This document shows positions 62,989-64,000 of a DNA stretch of 64,000 nucleotides, in pieces. The DNA comes from Lama glama (lineage: Eukaryota), in contig CM052817.1 in assembly GCA_028534125.1 (NCBI GenBank), positions 12,092,001 to 12,156,000 of the forward strand, in the 5' to 3' direction. The stretch's first letter is position 1; each line of letters starts with the position of its first letter. The notes beneath the pieces were generated by a model. That model was not told the DNA's origin. It made no database searches and was given only the letters and a program-made list of their open reading frames with translations. The position numbers and the translations under genes are program-made.

Positions 62989-63488
62989 NNNNNNNNNNNN
63001 NNNNNNNNNNNNNNNNNNNNNNNNNNNNNNNNNNNNNNNNNNNNNNNNNNNNNNNNNNNNNNNNNNNNNNNNNNNNNNNNNNNNNNNNNNNNNNNNNNNN
63101 NNNNNNNNNNNNNNNNNNNNNNNNNNNNNNNNNNNNNNNNNNNNNNNNNNNNNNNNNNNNNNNNNNNNNNNNNNNNNNNNNNNNNNNNNNNNNNNNNNNN
63201 NNNNNNNNNNNNNNNNNNNNNNNNNNNNNNNNNNNNNNNNNNNNNNNNNNNNNNNNNNNNNNNNNNNNNNNNNNNNNNNNNNNNNNNNNNNNNNNNNNNN
63301 NNNNNNNNNNNNNNNNNNNNNNNNNNNNNNNNNNNNNNNNNNNNNNNNNNNNNNNNNNNNNNNNNNNNNNNNNNNNNNNNNNNNNNNNNNNNNNNNNNNN
63401 NNNNNNNNNNNNNNNNNNNNNNNNNNNNNNNNNNNNNNNNNNNNNNNNNNNNNNNNNNNNNNNNNNNNNNNNNNNNNNNNNNNNNNNN
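62989..63488. other. Assembly gap (exactly 500 N)
   Basis: Directly visible. Confidence 0.99.
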
Positions 63489-64000
63489 GATAATCCTAGA
63501 AACACAATCTTTCAAAACTGAATCAGGAAGAAATAGACAATCTAAACGGACAGATCATTAGTACTGAAATTCAGTTGGTAATGAAAAAACTTCCAGGAAG
63601 GAAAGGCCAGGACCTGATGGCTGGCTTCACAGTGGAATTCTACCAAATGTATAATGAAGAGCTAGTACTTATTCTTCTCACACTATTCCAAAAAATTGAA
63701 GAGGAGGGAAACACTTCCAAATTTATTCTATGAAGCCACAATTACCCTGATACCAAAACCAGACAAAACACTACAAAAGAAAAAAGGAAAAAAGGAAATT
63801 ACACACCAATATCTCTAATGAACATAGGTGCAAAAATCCTCAACAAAATATTAGCAAACCAAAGTCAATAATATTTAAACAGTGTCATACACCATGATGG
63901 AGTGGGGTTTATTCTAGGAATGAAAAGATGATTCAATATCTATAAAACAATCAATGTGATATAGCACATTAACCAAACGAAGGATTAAAAATCACATCAC
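63489..64000 (+). mobile_element. L1 ORF2 fragment (linker into RT), running off the window
   Basis: aaactgaatcaggaagaaatagac, ccaggacctgatgg…ttcacagtggaattctaccaa, aattacacaccaatatctctaatgaac. Confidence 0.95.

Noticed and set aside
62888..63515. Longest ORFs in the track (175-201 aa)
   Set aside because: Artefacts of the N gap.
1..64000. CRISPR arrays, operons, tRNA/rRNA or prokaryotic defence systems
   Set aside because: The sequence is mammalian repeat-rich DNA; I saw no regularly spaced repeat-spacer array or RNA gene signature.

Overview
Mammalian, non-coding, repeat-rich genomic DNA. The youngest L1 3' ends (…ccagaaattgacacaacattgtaaactgactatacttcaattaaaa) match my recollection of camelid (alpaca/camel) L1. 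I saw no Alu, B1/B2, Bov-tA, PRE1 or Can-SINE. I could not identify any intact protein-coding gene, tRNA, rRNA or CRISPR array. The ORF track is explained by L1 ORF2 debris, simple repeats, the N gap and chance. The window is a mosaic of L1 (old and lineage-specific, two with twin-priming inversions), L2, MIR, CR1/L3, MaLR/ERVL solo LTRs and hAT elements (MER5, MER20, MER58), with a 500-N scaffold gap near the end. The most interesting signals are heavily decayed fossils: a possible class A (P2Y/PAR-like) GPCR TM6-TM7-helix 8 remnant on the minus strand (~51.1-51.6 kb), a pogo/Tigger-type transposase relic (~44.5-45.0 kb) and an RTE-clade RT relic (~56.4 kb). There is also a CpG-richer, motif-dense putative regulatory region (~23.7-24.6 kb) and several strong orphan splice signals. 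I found no convincing novel biological system. All family calls are by eye from remembered consensus sequences, and boundaries are approximate.
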